The notes: generated by a model not told the origin, from the sequence alone. Shown: positions 19,260 through 28,978, counted from the first letter of the stretch. The stretch: 47,878 nt of DNA from a virus (IMGVR_UViG_3300020045_003187:1-47878); one strand, 5' to 3'. Program-made: numbers and translations.

Positions 19260-19859
19260 TTATGATAGTTTTGTAGTCCAATCAGTATTATCAACTTCTT
19301 TTTCTTCAATAAAAGCAGATAATCTAGAATTTTCTTCTTTACCATCTTTTTTATAAATAAAATAATGAGCAGCTTGAAGATATTGATAATTATTTAAAGA
19401 ATTAATATAGATTTTAGCAGCTTTAAGAATATCTTCTTTAGAATAATTAGGATTTTCTTTCATCCATCTTTCCATTTTCTCTTTACAAGCATTTGGAGAC
19501 CCCATAGAACCTACTTTAAGATTTTTCCATAGATTTCTATATTCTTCTATAAATTCATCAAATCCTTCATTTATAACACGACCAGACTTTTTAATAATCT
19601 TTTTATCTTTATAATTTGAATAATTACTTTCTATTGATAGAAAACCTAATAATAATTTACTTTTTTCACGAATAACTTTAACAATTTCACCTTCATATTC
19701 AACCATTTTAATGAATTGTTTTTCTTGTAAATCACATAAAATATTATCATCTAAAGTTAAATCAATATTAATTCCACTTACTTGTAATAATGTTACAAAT
19801 TCTATAACAGAAAGATTTTGTTCTTTTAGAAAATTTAAATCTAATATAAAAGCTTTCAT
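19260..19859 (-). CDS. hypothetical protein, possibly replication initiator/loader-like
   Basis: HTH-like N-half and F..F...Y..LW C-domain in the replication block; weak inference. Confidence 0.45.
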   Translation of the reverse strand: MKAFILDLNFLKEQNLSVIEFVTLLQVSGINIDLTLDDNILCDLQEKQFIKMVEYEGEIVKVIREKSKLLLGFLSIESNYSNYKDKKIIKKSGRVINEGFDEFIEEYRNLWKNLKVGSMGSPNACKEKMERWMKENPNYSKEDILKAAKIYINSLNNYQYLQAAHYFIYKKDGKEENSRLSAFIEEKEVDNTDWTTKLS

Positions 19860-19939
19860 ATTATTTCTTTTTAGTTAAATTAATTACAATCATAGATATA
19901 ATAAAAACTCCTAAGATTATAAATCCTAATATACTTTCA

Positions 19940-20125
19940 CTAATCATAATCATCAATTAAATTTTCATTAAGAGATAGTAAATAATCTTCTTCAGTTTCT
20001 TCAGAAACTATACCTGTACCATTACATAACGAACAGTCTTCATATTCAAAACCTTTTTTACCATTAGTTTTAGGAATCATAACTTTTGTAGATCCAACGC
20101 ATTTTGGGCATAATTTATTTTTCAT
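19940..20125 (-). CDS. DnaJ-type zinc-finger protein
   Basis: CPKCVGS..CSLCNGTG. Confidence 0.65.
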   Translation of the reverse strand: MKNKLCPKCVGSTKVMIPKTNGKKGFEYEDCSLCNGTGIVSEETEEDYLLSLNENLIDDYD

Positions 20126-20331
20126 TGTTTTAATTTATTAAGTTTTTTCCATAAAATTTTAGATCCTGTAAATGGTGATTTATATTCAATATCAAATAAA
20201 TATTGATATAAAAATAATATTGAAAATAAAGACAATACTATTGAAAAACATTCAATAATACCTAAAATAATTACAATTATGTAAAAAGGTATTAATATTA
20301 CTCTTAGTAAAAATTTAATAATTGTTTTCAT
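20122..20331 (-). CDS. small membrane protein
   Basis: Long hydrophobic stretch. Confidence 0.5.
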   Translation of the reverse strand: MKTIIKFLLRVILIPFYIIVIILGIIECFSIVLSLFSILFLYQYLFDIEYKSPFTGSKILWKKLNKLKQ

Positions 20332-20521
20332 AATATTTTATTTTATTTGATTCTATTTCCCAATCTTCTTGATTAATTTCTAAATAATCACTAATTTGAT
20401 GAATAGATACTTCTGTTTGAAATTCTTTTTCAATTAATTCACTAATTATTATAGGATTTGAAACTTTATAAACCTCTATAATTAAATCAATCATTACTAT
20501 ATATTCTAGAATTTTACTCAT
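20315..20521 (-). CDS. hypothetical protein
   Basis: 68-aa ORF. Confidence 0.5.
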   Translation of the reverse strand: MSKILEYIVMIDLIIEVYKVSNPIIISELIEKEFQTEVSIHQISDYLEINQEDWEIESNKIKYYENNY

Positions 20522-20523
20522 AA

Positions 20524-20718
20524 TTAATTATTTTTATACCAAGTATATTTAAATTTAATACCAAAACACAACCAAGATATAAATAATTCATAAATATAAA
20601 AACTGTTGTAATTATCTCTACTAATTTCAATATTTGGAATTAAACAAATACTTATACTATTCTTTAAATTAAAAATACAATAAGTTTCATAACTAAATAA
20701 ATTTTTTAATTTTTTCAT
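20524..20718 (-). CDS. hypothetical protein
   Basis: 64-aa ORF. Confidence 0.5.
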   Translation of the reverse strand: MKKLKNLFSYETYCIFNLKNSISICLIPNIEISRDNYNSFYIYELFISWLCFGIKFKYTWYKNN

Positions 20719-20975
20719 TTTTCAATTATTTTATCAATTCTATAAACTGAATTTAAAGTTTCAAATGTATTTTCGTCAATAATTTTAGTTACTAATGATG
20801 TTGATATTCCACCAAGATGATGTTTATCTGGATGAATTGGTAATAAATTAAATCTTTCACCAATAATTGGTTTTTTAGTAAAAATACCTTCATAATGGTC
20901 TTCTAAATCACCATATCCAAAATTACCGTGAGTAGGATTATCAACAGCTTTTAATTTTTTAATTTTATATTTCAT
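20715..20975 (-). CDS. hypothetical protein
   Basis: 86-aa ORF ending in FETLNSVY. Confidence 0.55.
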   Translation of the reverse strand: MKYKIKKLKAVDNPTHGNFGYGDLEDHYEGIFTKKPIIGERFNLLPIHPDKHHLGGISTSLVTKIIDENTFETLNSVYRIDKIIEK

Positions 20976-20977
20976 AA

Positions 20978-22990
20978 TTATTTAAGTTTATCAATAATAT
21001 TATAACATTCTTTAATATAATAATCATAATTTAAATCATAATTATATTCTTTGTATTTATTAAATAATGTACATTTGTAACCAGCTTCTAAATTTTCATC
21101 TCTATCTTCAGCATCAATTTTAACATCTTCAATAATATCAAATATATTCATTTGATTTTCATCAACTTTTAATTTATATTTATCGGTTTCAGTTAGAAAA
21201 TGTTTTTCAAGAGGTGGTAATTTCTTAATTAATTCAACACCAATATTAGATACATAATATCTATTCATTTTAGATAAAGGTTCTTCAATTAAATCATACC
21301 CTTTCCAATAACGTTGAACTAATTCATTCTTACCTTTCATTTTAGCACCTAGACAAAAATCGTAAATACCATAGTTTTTTGCAAAAGAATATTTAGTATT
21401 ATTTAAATGATTATAAATAGTATCTTCAACTGAAATATTATTAATAAAATAATTAGCTAATGCAATTGGTATAATTCTTTTAGAATGATTTTTATGATAA
21501 TCCCTATCGATTTCAAAACAACCTTTCATTTTATATTTTAAATGATTACCTTTATTATCAATAATATAAGCAATGTAATTATTTACATCTCTAAATATTA
21601 TTTTTTCATAATTAGTATCTTCTAATATATATCTAGTAGTTTTTTCCCAATTAGTATGTATTTTTAATACTATTTCTGATAATGATTTATTATATTTAAT
21701 AACTACACCATCTGTATTCATACTAACTATTTGTACTCCAGCTAAATATAAATTTTCAACTAACATTAATAATGATAATTGACCTTTAAATGTAGTTTTC
21801 ATAATAACCATAGGATCATATTGCCAACTGAAATTTGAACCAGTTTTACCATATCCACCACCATTCATTCCTAATTTATAAGCATTTTGTTTAGAATCTA
21901 AAAAATTATATTCTGGTGATTTATATACTTCTTTTTTTAATGCAGGTTTAATATTAAAATTTCTTTCATCAAATAAATGTTTTATACCTAAATACCATTT
22001 TTCCCCTAAATGTTCAGGATAAAATTTACCTTCAATAATAGATCCTGGATACATTGATCCAACATCTTTTTCTTGAATAATTTCATCATCATTTTTAGTT
22101 AATAATAACGGTTCATCTTCTGAATGAACACCACCTTTTGCAAATTTAATTACAATATCTGCAAAATTTAATATTCTATGAAATGATTTTTCTTTAGATT
22201 CAATTAAATTAAATGTTTTATCAGATATTTCAATTAAAAATTTTTGTAAATATTCAGTTTTAAACGATACATAATCAGGTATTAAATCTTTAATATAAAA
22301 TAAGTCACGTTTAGTTCTTAAATTTTTAAATTCTTCATATTTTCTTCCTGATATTTTTTCATAAGTTATTTGATTTATATATTCACCAATTTTAACATCA
22401 GAATAATTCATTACATTATGTTGTAATTCTTTAGACATATTTTTCCTAAATGTAATATTATCTATATTTAGATTATAAAAACTTTCAGTAGCATCTATAT
22501 CGTTTTTACAATATGTAATAATTTCATCCATTTGATCAAATGTTAAAATTGTACCAGGTTTATATGGTAAATCTTCAACATTAGGTAATCTCATAGCAAA
22601 TTCAAGCCATTTAAGCGAAGTTGATCGAGCTAGATTATCATAATGATTAATTTTATATAAATCTAATTGAGGTATCTTAATTTGATTATCCCAGATTGCA
22701 GAATTTTTGTTATTAATAATAATTTCAACTTCTTTATAAATTTCTTGAGCAGTTAAAAGTTTATTTGATTTTAATATAGTATTATGTAATACTGGATAAT
22801 CAAAATTAAGATTATTGAAACCTATTAAACCTTTAACTTGCTCATTGAGAAATTTTTTTAAATTGATTTGATCACTTTTTCTATCACTTATTTCAAAGTA
22901 ATGATAATCACCTGTAACAATACATTTAAATACTGCTAGAAAGAAATTTGGATAAGTTTCTAAATCATAAATATTTAATTTTTTATCCAT
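20978..22990 (-). CDS. polB: family B DNA polymerase with 3'-5' exonuclease
   Basis: ExoI YDLET, ExoII FNNLNFD, ExoIII YCKND; motif A DVGSMYP, motif B K..MNGGGYGK, motif C NTDG. Confidence 0.92.
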   Translation of the reverse strand: MDKKLNIYDLETYPNFFLAVFKCIVTGDYHYFEISDRKSDQINLKKFLNEQVKGLIGFNNLNFDYPVLHNTILKSNKLLTAQEIYKEVEIIINNKNSAIWDNQIKIPQLDLYKINHYDNLARSTSLKWLEFAMRLPNVEDLPYKPGTILTFDQMDEIITYCKNDIDATESFYNLNIDNITFRKNMSKELQHNVMNYSDVKIGEYINQITYEKISGRKYEEFKNLRTKRDLFYIKDLIPDYVSFKTEYLQKFLIEISDKTFNLIESKEKSFHRILNFADIVIKFAKGGVHSEDEPLLLTKNDDEIIQEKDVGSMYPGSIIEGKFYPEHLGEKWYLGIKHLFDERNFNIKPALKKEVYKSPEYNFLDSKQNAYKLGMNGGGYGKTGSNFSWQYDPMVIMKTTFKGQLSLLMLVENLYLAGVQIVSMNTDGVVIKYNKSLSEIVLKIHTNWEKTTRYILEDTNYEKIIFRDVNNYIAYIIDNKGNHLKYKMKGCFEIDRDYHKNHSKRIIPIALANYFINNISVEDTIYNHLNNTKYSFAKNYGIYDFCLGAKMKGKNELVQRYWKGYDLIEEPLSKMNRYYVSNIGVELIKKLPPLEKHFLTETDKYKLKVDENQMNIFDIIEDVKIDAEDRDENLEAGYKCTLFNKYKEYNYDLNYDYYIKECYNIIDKLK

Positions 22991-23037
22991 ATAATTGTTT
23001 TAAAATGAGTCATATTTTAAAACTATATGGGATTAAA

Positions 23038-23274
23038 TTAATATTTTTCCATTACTACTAACCAATAACTATTTTCAGCATATGCAGATTTATAAATATA
23101 ACCTTCTTTTATTTTTTGTTTAATAAAAAGTTCCGCTTTAGTAGGTATATAAAATGTTTTTACAATTACTGATTTAGGAACAGCAGGTTTAATTGTCATT
23201 AATGATGTAGTTGTTGCAGCAATTGAAATTGTTACAAATACACCTAATAAGAATATTAAAATACTATTTTTCAT
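23038..23274 (-). CDS. hypothetical protein with N-terminal signal/TM segment
   Basis: Hydrophobic N-terminus. Confidence 0.55.
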   Translation of the reverse strand: MKNSILIFLLGVFVTISIAATTTSLMTIKPAVPKSVIVKTFYIPTKAELFIKQKIKEGYIYKSAYAENSYWLVVMEKY

Positions 23275-23552
23275 TAATAAGCTAATTTATGATTAGGTTG
23301 TTTACAAGTAGAACCAAATAGTTTCCATAATGCACCAATCTCAGGTTTTGGTAATAAATTATTAACTAAACTGTGATCCATTAGCTTTTTAAAAGCATAT
23401 TTTCTACCAACAACTTTATTTGGTGTATCACCGTGACGAAGTTTAACTTCTCTAGTTGCAACTTCTTCATTTGTTTGAACATTTTTAGCAATTGCTGTAA
23501 TTGTTCCATTTTCTGAGTATCTAAAAAATACTTTTGTTTGATCTGTTTTCAT
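23274..23552 (-). CDS. hypothetical protein
   Basis: 92-aa ORF. Confidence 0.55.
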   Translation of the reverse strand: MKTDQTKVFFRYSENGTITAIAKNVQTNEEVATREVKLRHGDTPNKVVGRKYAFKKLMDHSLVNNLLPKPEIGALWKLFGSTCKQPNHKLAY

Positions 23553-23578
23553 AATTTATTATTTATTTATTAATATTT

Positions 23579-23983
23579 TTAAAGTTTTGATAATTCATAA
23601 AATTCTTTTGCTGAATATTTAGAAGTACCTTTTCTAATACAATCATTTGATCCTTTAAAATTTGTAAATAATGTAGTTGTTTTATCTACTTTACTACAAT
23701 ATAAAGAATAAAAGTAATAATTTTTATTATTTTTTACAATATTAAGTGAATATAATACTTTAGCTAATTTTTTAAAAGTTATACTGGGATAATATGTATT
23801 TACAATTTCTAATATTTCATCAATTGAGCGATATTTATCAGCTTGACATTGTTTAATTGTACATAATTCATCTTTAAATGATGCAATACAAGTTATATAT
23901 CCATTTTCATTAAAATGAGAATATAATAAAGTTAAGAAATCTTTTAAATATCTTTGTCGTTTAATATTTACATATATAGCCAT
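23579..23983 (-). CDS. hypothetical protein, 'IYV..QC..RS..E' family copy 3
   Basis: Shared family motifs. Confidence 0.65.
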   Translation of the reverse strand: MAIYVNIKRQRYLKDFLTLLYSHFNENGYITCIASFKDELCTIKQCQADKYRSIDEILEIVNTYYPSITFKKLAKVLYSLNIVKNNKNYYFYSLYCSKVDKTTTLFTNFKGSNDCIRKGTSKYSAKEFYELSKL

Positions 23984-25503
23984 TATTCTACGATTTCAGC
24001 CCAGTCACCTTGTACTGAATGTATACAACCATAATAATTACCAGCTTCATTTTGTTCAATTGTATTAAAACAAATATTTTTTCCTAAATTACTATGTAAT
24101 TCATTATGATCTTTAACGGTAAATAATTTACAAGTTGTTGCGGATTTAAATTTAGTACCAATAGGATATAATCTTTTAGCTTTTTCTAATAAAGTTTCTT
24201 CTTTAACTTCTTCTTTTAAGATATATTTCTTAAATTGATCAAATGTTATTTCTGTGTAATCTTCACGTATACTATGATAACTACAGCATCCATTAGTATT
24301 ATTGTGTAAATAAGGATTATATAAGTTTCTAGGTAAATAACTATGTGGCATCGAAGCTATTTTATTGATATAATCAGTTACTATTTTATCATTTTCAGAA
24401 TCTCTTTTAATACACCATTTTTCTGGTAAAATAAATTCTGGTTCAATTTCAACTTTAGGTTCAATATAATGTTCAATTTTATCAATACCAATACTATTAT
24501 TAGATTGAAATGTTGTAATTGCAATTATATTGGATTTATCAGCTGAATATCTAAATTTAGTTATTGTACCTTTTTGATCACTATATAATGATTTTACAGT
24601 ATCACCAATAAAGAATTGATTACCTTCATTGTTCTCAACTTTAGTAATAGTTTCAATTGTTTCAATTATTTTAAATTGTGGTAATGGTTTGATAATTTCT
24701 TTATCAATTATATTAATATCCATAAGAGCACTTCGTCTTGGTCCTGGAGGATAATTTTTCATAACTATTTCATCGTGTAATTTCATAAAATCTTGAACAG
24801 GAGTTTCTTCTTTTAAAACATATTTTTTAAATTGTTCAAAAGTTATTTCAACACCAAAATCATATCTATATCCTTTAATAATTTTTGTTAAATTATGACC
24901 TTTATTACCTATTTTTCCACCATAATTACAAACTCCTGCAATTCCTCCAATAGTTAATTTAAAACCATTTGGAAAAATCCAATTAGATAATATATCTAAA
25001 TTTTCTTTATCAACTATAACATACCACGCATAAGGTAATACAAATTCAGGTTCTTTAACAACAAATTGAGCATCATAAGCTTCTTTTGTTGATGGTTTGA
25101 ATCTATCTTGATTATAATTATAATGAGCAAAACTGTAACTATCGTTTTTAATAAATCCATTATCATTAACTTTATAAATCATTCCTAATTTATAAATACT
25201 TCCGATAAGTTGTTTAATACATTCAACATATTCAGGAATAAAACTTTTCATAGTTTCTTCAAGTGTTATAAATTTATCTAATTTAATACATTCTTCTAAC
25301 CAATGTTTTTCTTCTGGTGTTGCTAATCTTATATTATCATAAGAAAAACCACCTCCTTTATATAAAACTTTAACTTTGATTGTGTTATCTGTTTTTAAAT
25401 GTAAAGAATATCCTGTTCCCATTTTATTCATAAAATGATTATGTGATAATTGTGCTACAAAAATATTACCATCTTTTAAATCTTCTTTTTTAATATATTC
25501 CAT
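23983..25503 (-). CDS. 506-aa modular protein with internal repeats
   Basis: EPEF(V/I)LP..W and EITF(E/D)QFKKY(V/I)LKEE each occur twice. Confidence 0.65.
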   Translation of the reverse strand: MEYIKKEDLKDGNIFVAQLSHNHFMNKMGTGYSLHLKTDNTIKVKVLYKGGGFSYDNIRLATPEEKHWLEECIKLDKFITLEETMKSFIPEYVECIKQLIGSIYKLGMIYKVNDNGFIKNDSYSFAHYNYNQDRFKPSTKEAYDAQFVVKEPEFVLPYAWYVIVDKENLDILSNWIFPNGFKLTIGGIAGVCNYGGKIGNKGHNLTKIIKGYRYDFGVEITFEQFKKYVLKEETPVQDFMKLHDEIVMKNYPPGPRRSALMDINIIDKEIIKPLPQFKIIETIETITKVENNEGNQFFIGDTVKSLYSDQKGTITKFRYSADKSNIIAITTFQSNNSIGIDKIEHYIEPKVEIEPEFILPEKWCIKRDSENDKIVTDYINKIASMPHSYLPRNLYNPYLHNNTNGCCSYHSIREDYTEITFDQFKKYILKEEVKEETLLEKAKRLYPIGTKFKSATTCKLFTVKDHNELHSNLGKNICFNTIEQNEAGNYYGCIHSVQGDWAEIVE

Positions 25504-25566
25504 AATTTTTATTAATTAGTTATTATTTGTTATTTTATTATTCATAATATAGTTTGTTATTTAAAA

Positions 25567-25623
25567 TAAATTGAGCTACTAATACATATCTGATTTCGCA
25601 GTTACATACTTTCACTCAATTTA
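25567..25623. repeat. stem-closed module (9-bp inverted repeat)
   Basis: TAAATTGAG...CTCAATTTA, intergenic, downstream of tRNA-Glu. Confidence 0.5.
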
Positions 25624-25661
25624 CAAACTAACTAAAAACTAAAATTATGAAATCTAGTTTG

Positions 25662-25733
25662 TAGTCCTAGAGAGAATCGAACTCTCGTTAGGTGGTCGAA
25701 AACCAACTGTCCTAACCACTAGACGATAGGACC
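25662..25733 (-). tRNA. tRNA-Glu(TTC)
   Basis: GGTCCTA/TAGGACT acceptor, anticodon loop TT-TTC-GA, T arm GAGAG-TTCGATT-CTCTC; CCA not encoded. Confidence 0.92.
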
Positions 25734-25744
25734 AATAATGGTTA

Positions 25745-25969
25745 TTACAACCATTTAGGTGGTTCTTCTGGTAATGAAGGTATAATATTTATTATATATA
25801 ATATCCAATATCCAACTGAAAATGGAATAAATATACTCATTAATAAATTAATTCTAACTTCATTCCAACCATATTCTGTTTTATTAACAGATTTTACAAT
25901 AAATCTATTAATATAATAACAGATAATCATAATTACTAATAATATTAGTATTGTAATAAATGTTTCCAT
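25745..25969 (-). CDS. small membrane protein
   Basis: Two hydrophobic segments. Confidence 0.55.
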   Translation of the reverse strand: METFITILILLVIMIICYYINRFIVKSVNKTEYGWNEVRINLLMSIFIPFSVGYWILYIINIIPSLPEEPPKWL

Positions 25970-26141
25970 AATTCTTTATTTTTAGTTATTTCTTTATATT
26001 CTTCAAATGTAATAATTTCTTCATCTAATAATTCCATTAAATCTTGTTCAAAATTAGTTTTTTTAATATGAATATTTTCAAAAAATTCTTTACATTTATT
26101 TAATAAATTATTTATTTCCATAATTAATTACATTTTAAGTT

Positions 26142-26819
26142 TTATTTTAATTTAATTGCAATTTCAGCAATAGTTTTTAATGCACCAAATTCAGGATTTA
26201 TAAATCCAGTTAACATATCACTAAAATGATAAACACTTAATCCAGATAATCCTATACAAATAATTAAATGTAAATATTTAAACCAATTATTATTTGAATT
26301 AACAATGGGTATTAATATATCTTCTTTACCGACAGGTCCATCAATTTCTTGTATATCACCATCTTTATATTTATTATAATCTTTATTTAGAATTTTTCCA
26401 ATTATATCTTTTTCACCTTTAACAAAATCTTGTTCTGTTAATTTAATATTTAAATTACGTTTATAAAATAGATACCAATTAAATAATGCAGATATTGTTA
26501 ATATTAAAAAACATATAGACCAAACTAATTGTTGTTTAACTAATATATCCCATAAAGCATTTGTAGTTGTTTTAAGCTCAGTAGCTAATGATTTAAGAGC
26601 TTTTTCTATTTTTGGTGATAAAGATTTAGCATCATTATAAACTGTTTTTATAACAGCAGTACCATCTTTATAAACAGTTGTAATTCCTTCTTTAAAAGGT
26701 TTTTGACCTGAAATTCCATCACTTTGTTCTTTAATAATGTGATCAATTTCAGTTTTACTTGTTTGTGCAAAAGTCAGAGTCATTGACATTATTGCGATAA
26801 ATAAGAATATTTTTTTCAT
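26142..26819 (-). CDS. membrane protein with signal peptide
   Basis: MKKIFLFIA..TFA|Q (Bacteroidota-style Gln after cleavage) plus two TM segments. Confidence 0.7.
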   Translation of the reverse strand: MKKIFLFIAIMSMTLTFAQTSKTEIDHIIKEQSDGISGQKPFKEGITTVYKDGTAVIKTVYNDAKSLSPKIEKALKSLATELKTTTNALWDILVKQQLVWSICFLILTISALFNWYLFYKRNLNIKLTEQDFVKGEKDIIGKILNKDYNKYKDGDIQEIDGPVGKEDILIPIVNSNNNWFKYLHLIICIGLSGLSVYHFSDMLTGFINPEFGALKTIAEIAIKLK

Positions 26820-27092
26820 TTTTTGTTATTTTTAGTTATTTTTTAAACTGTTATTTAAATCTATTCCATTCCATAAATGAGTATAAACTATTAAACCATT
26901 AGGAAACTGTAAGCGACACATTGTTTTATTCACTATCCAATTCTTCTAAAGTTCCTGTTATATTCATAACAACATTATCGTTAGTAATAGTAACTTCTGC
27001 AAATTTTGAATTTACATCATTTTCAAAATCTTTAACCATATCTTCAAACACTTCATCGTGAGTGATATTAATTGTGATTGTTTTCATAATTA

Positions 27093-27356
27093 TTAATTTA
27101 AGTTAGTTAACATTTTCATACCAATATGTCGTGGTTGTTTTACCATAATAATTGGTTTAATTTCTTTTTTATTACAAATATATTTAACATATATCATTTG
27201 TAAATAATCTTTACAAGGTTTTGATAGATTTTTTAATTTAGTAAGTCTATTAAATTCATCTTGATGTACTTGTAACATTTTTGGTGATTTATTATTGATA
27301 CTTTGTATCATTTTAAATGAACTTGGGATATTGTATCCTAATGTTGTTGTTGTCAT
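27093..27356 (-). CDS. hypothetical protein
   Basis: 87-aa ORF. Confidence 0.5.
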   Translation of the reverse strand: MTTTTLGYNIPSSFKMIQSINNKSPKMLQVHQDEFNRLTKLKNLSKPCKDYLQMIYVKYICNKKEIKPIIMVKQPRHIGMKMLTNLN

Positions 27357-27375
27357 AATTTGTTAGTTTTAGTTT

Positions 27376-27624
27376 AATTAAATCACCTAAGTAAGTGGCG
27401 AAAATTAGTTATTTATTGTATTAAAATTGTAATATTTAGTGTCTTCGTCTAATAAGCGTACTAGCAGTAAATAATTTTAATATTTTAAATAATAATTAAC
27501 TCTTACAAATTTTGTTAATATAATATATTTAAAGATTTACAATTTCACTACTAATAGCTTCTTGACTTACTTCCTAATATTGTTAACTAATTCCTAGCCA
27601 TTTTAAGGATTAGGTGATTTAATT
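27376..27624 (-). ncRNA. candidate rod-shaped ncRNA (about 250 nt)
   Basis: Perfect 15-bp terminal inverted repeat plus nested helices; strand inferred from context. Confidence 0.55.
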
Positions 27625-27632
27625 GAATAGAT

Positions 27633-28022
27633 TTATTGTAAAATTATATTACCAATATTAAATCTAAGTCTTTTGTTACTTGTTAAAGCATCAACAAATT
27701 GTTTTTGAAAAGTTTTTAAAGAATGTTTGAAACCTAATGAATTAGATTGTTTGAAATCATTATAATCTCTTTTAGCTACTTTTTTTGCATTTTTAGTGAA
27801 ATGAATTTCTTTCTCAACTATAACTGATTCATTTGTTTCAGAATCAATTGTATATGAGACAGCTCTTTTATCCCAAGCGGTATCTTGAAATAATTTATGA
27901 AATTCTGCTTCTGTTCTTTTACGACCTTTTTCATTAACAAAAGCTTGTTTGTTAATAGGTTGTACAATTTTTGTACCATTTTCTAATGTGTAAGTAACTG
28001 TTGTAAATTTTTCTGTGTTCAT
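27633..28022 (-). CDS. hypothetical protein
   Basis: 129-aa ORF. Confidence 0.6.
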   Translation of the reverse strand: MNTEKFTTVTYTLENGTKIVQPINKQAFVNEKGRKRTEAEFHKLFQDTAWDKRAVSYTIDSETNESVIVEKEIHFTKNAKKVAKRDYNDFKQSNSLGFKHSLKTFQKQFVDALTSNKRLRFNIGNIILQ

Positions 28023-28080
28023 AATTTTTAATTTTAGTTTGTTTTTAATTTATTTTTATTTATTTGTTTAATTTGTTAAA

Positions 28081-28177
28081 AAACAGTACAGAGTTTAGTC
28101 TCTATTATTGGTATTTTATCTAGCTATAATTACAAACTGTATCGAAACGAGTAATCAGTAAGCTTTATGTATTGTTT
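28081..28177. ncRNA. candidate stem-closed RNA module
   Basis: AAACAGTACA/TGTATTGTTT terminal stem; no ORF. Confidence 0.35.
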
Positions 28178-28185
28178 AATTTTTA

Positions 28186-28484
28186 TAAAATAACACTGTA
28201 GGTTGTCAATCTACATTTCCCCAATTATAAGTTTTATACTTATGTAAATTATTATTAATCAATGGTATATTAATTATCAAGTCATAAAGCAGGTGCTCCG
28301 CATTACATATAATAAATTATAGTTTTAGACTTATCTATACCTGACAGTTTATGAGCTCACTACTTATGTGATAAATACGTTAATTACTCGTTATACATCA
28401 TTGTTAATATTAATAATAATTTATTGCTTATAATTGTTATCCACACGGATAGGGTGCTAGACATTTGCACTAAATGTTATTTTA
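28186..28484 (-). ncRNA. candidate multibranch ncRNA (about 300 nt) downstream of tmRNA
   Basis: 11-bp closing stem, three junction hairpins, long rod (CAATTATAAG/CTTATAATTG; 15-bp TAAATTATTATTAAT repeat). Confidence 0.6.
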
Positions 28485-28506
28485 ACAGTTTACACGGACT
28501 GTTTAG

Positions 28507-28898
28507 TGGACTCGCAGGGATTCGAACCCTGGTGTCGCTTACTTCAATTATATAATTTTATACAGCTTATTATAGAATTTAATCTTTAATGTCCCTTAAA
28601 AACTACTAAATGTGGACTAGTTCTTTTTTTATATTGTTAGATATACAGTTGATTTGGGATTAGCGCATAACGCGAATTCTAATTTACCAAATCGTTTTAA
28701 ACTTATGCAGCTATTAACATTTCTGTTTTAGCTTCAATTGTTCCACCTAAAATAACATCGTTATTTAAAATGTTATGAACTACTTGCATATTTGCTGATA
28801 CTTGATCTTTGCCGTTTAAAAATATTCACCTTAGTTTACAGTTATCTCTCTGGCTGAATTATATAATCTATAATAATCGGTCAATTCCATTCGAGCCC
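28507..28898 (-). ncRNA. ssrA: tmRNA
   Basis: 5' GGGCTCGAATGGAATTGAC; 3' GACAC-CAGGG-TTCGAAT-CCCTG-CGAGTCC-A; G3.U70 alanine determinant; 392 nt; internal frame 28813-28703 ending LIAA-TAA. Confidence 0.93.
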
Positions 28899-28945
28899 AA
28901 GTTCTCATTGTTTAAGGTATAACAAGCCAAACCTTTTATTATAAA

Positions 28946-28978
28946 AACCACTAGAACTAATTATTAATTCCAGTGGTT
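28946..28978 (-). terminator. hairpin (terminator or processing site) upstream of tmRNA
   Basis: AACCACTGGAATTAA..TTAGTTCTAGTGGTT followed by T-rich sequence; G.U pairs work only on the minus strand. Confidence 0.55.
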
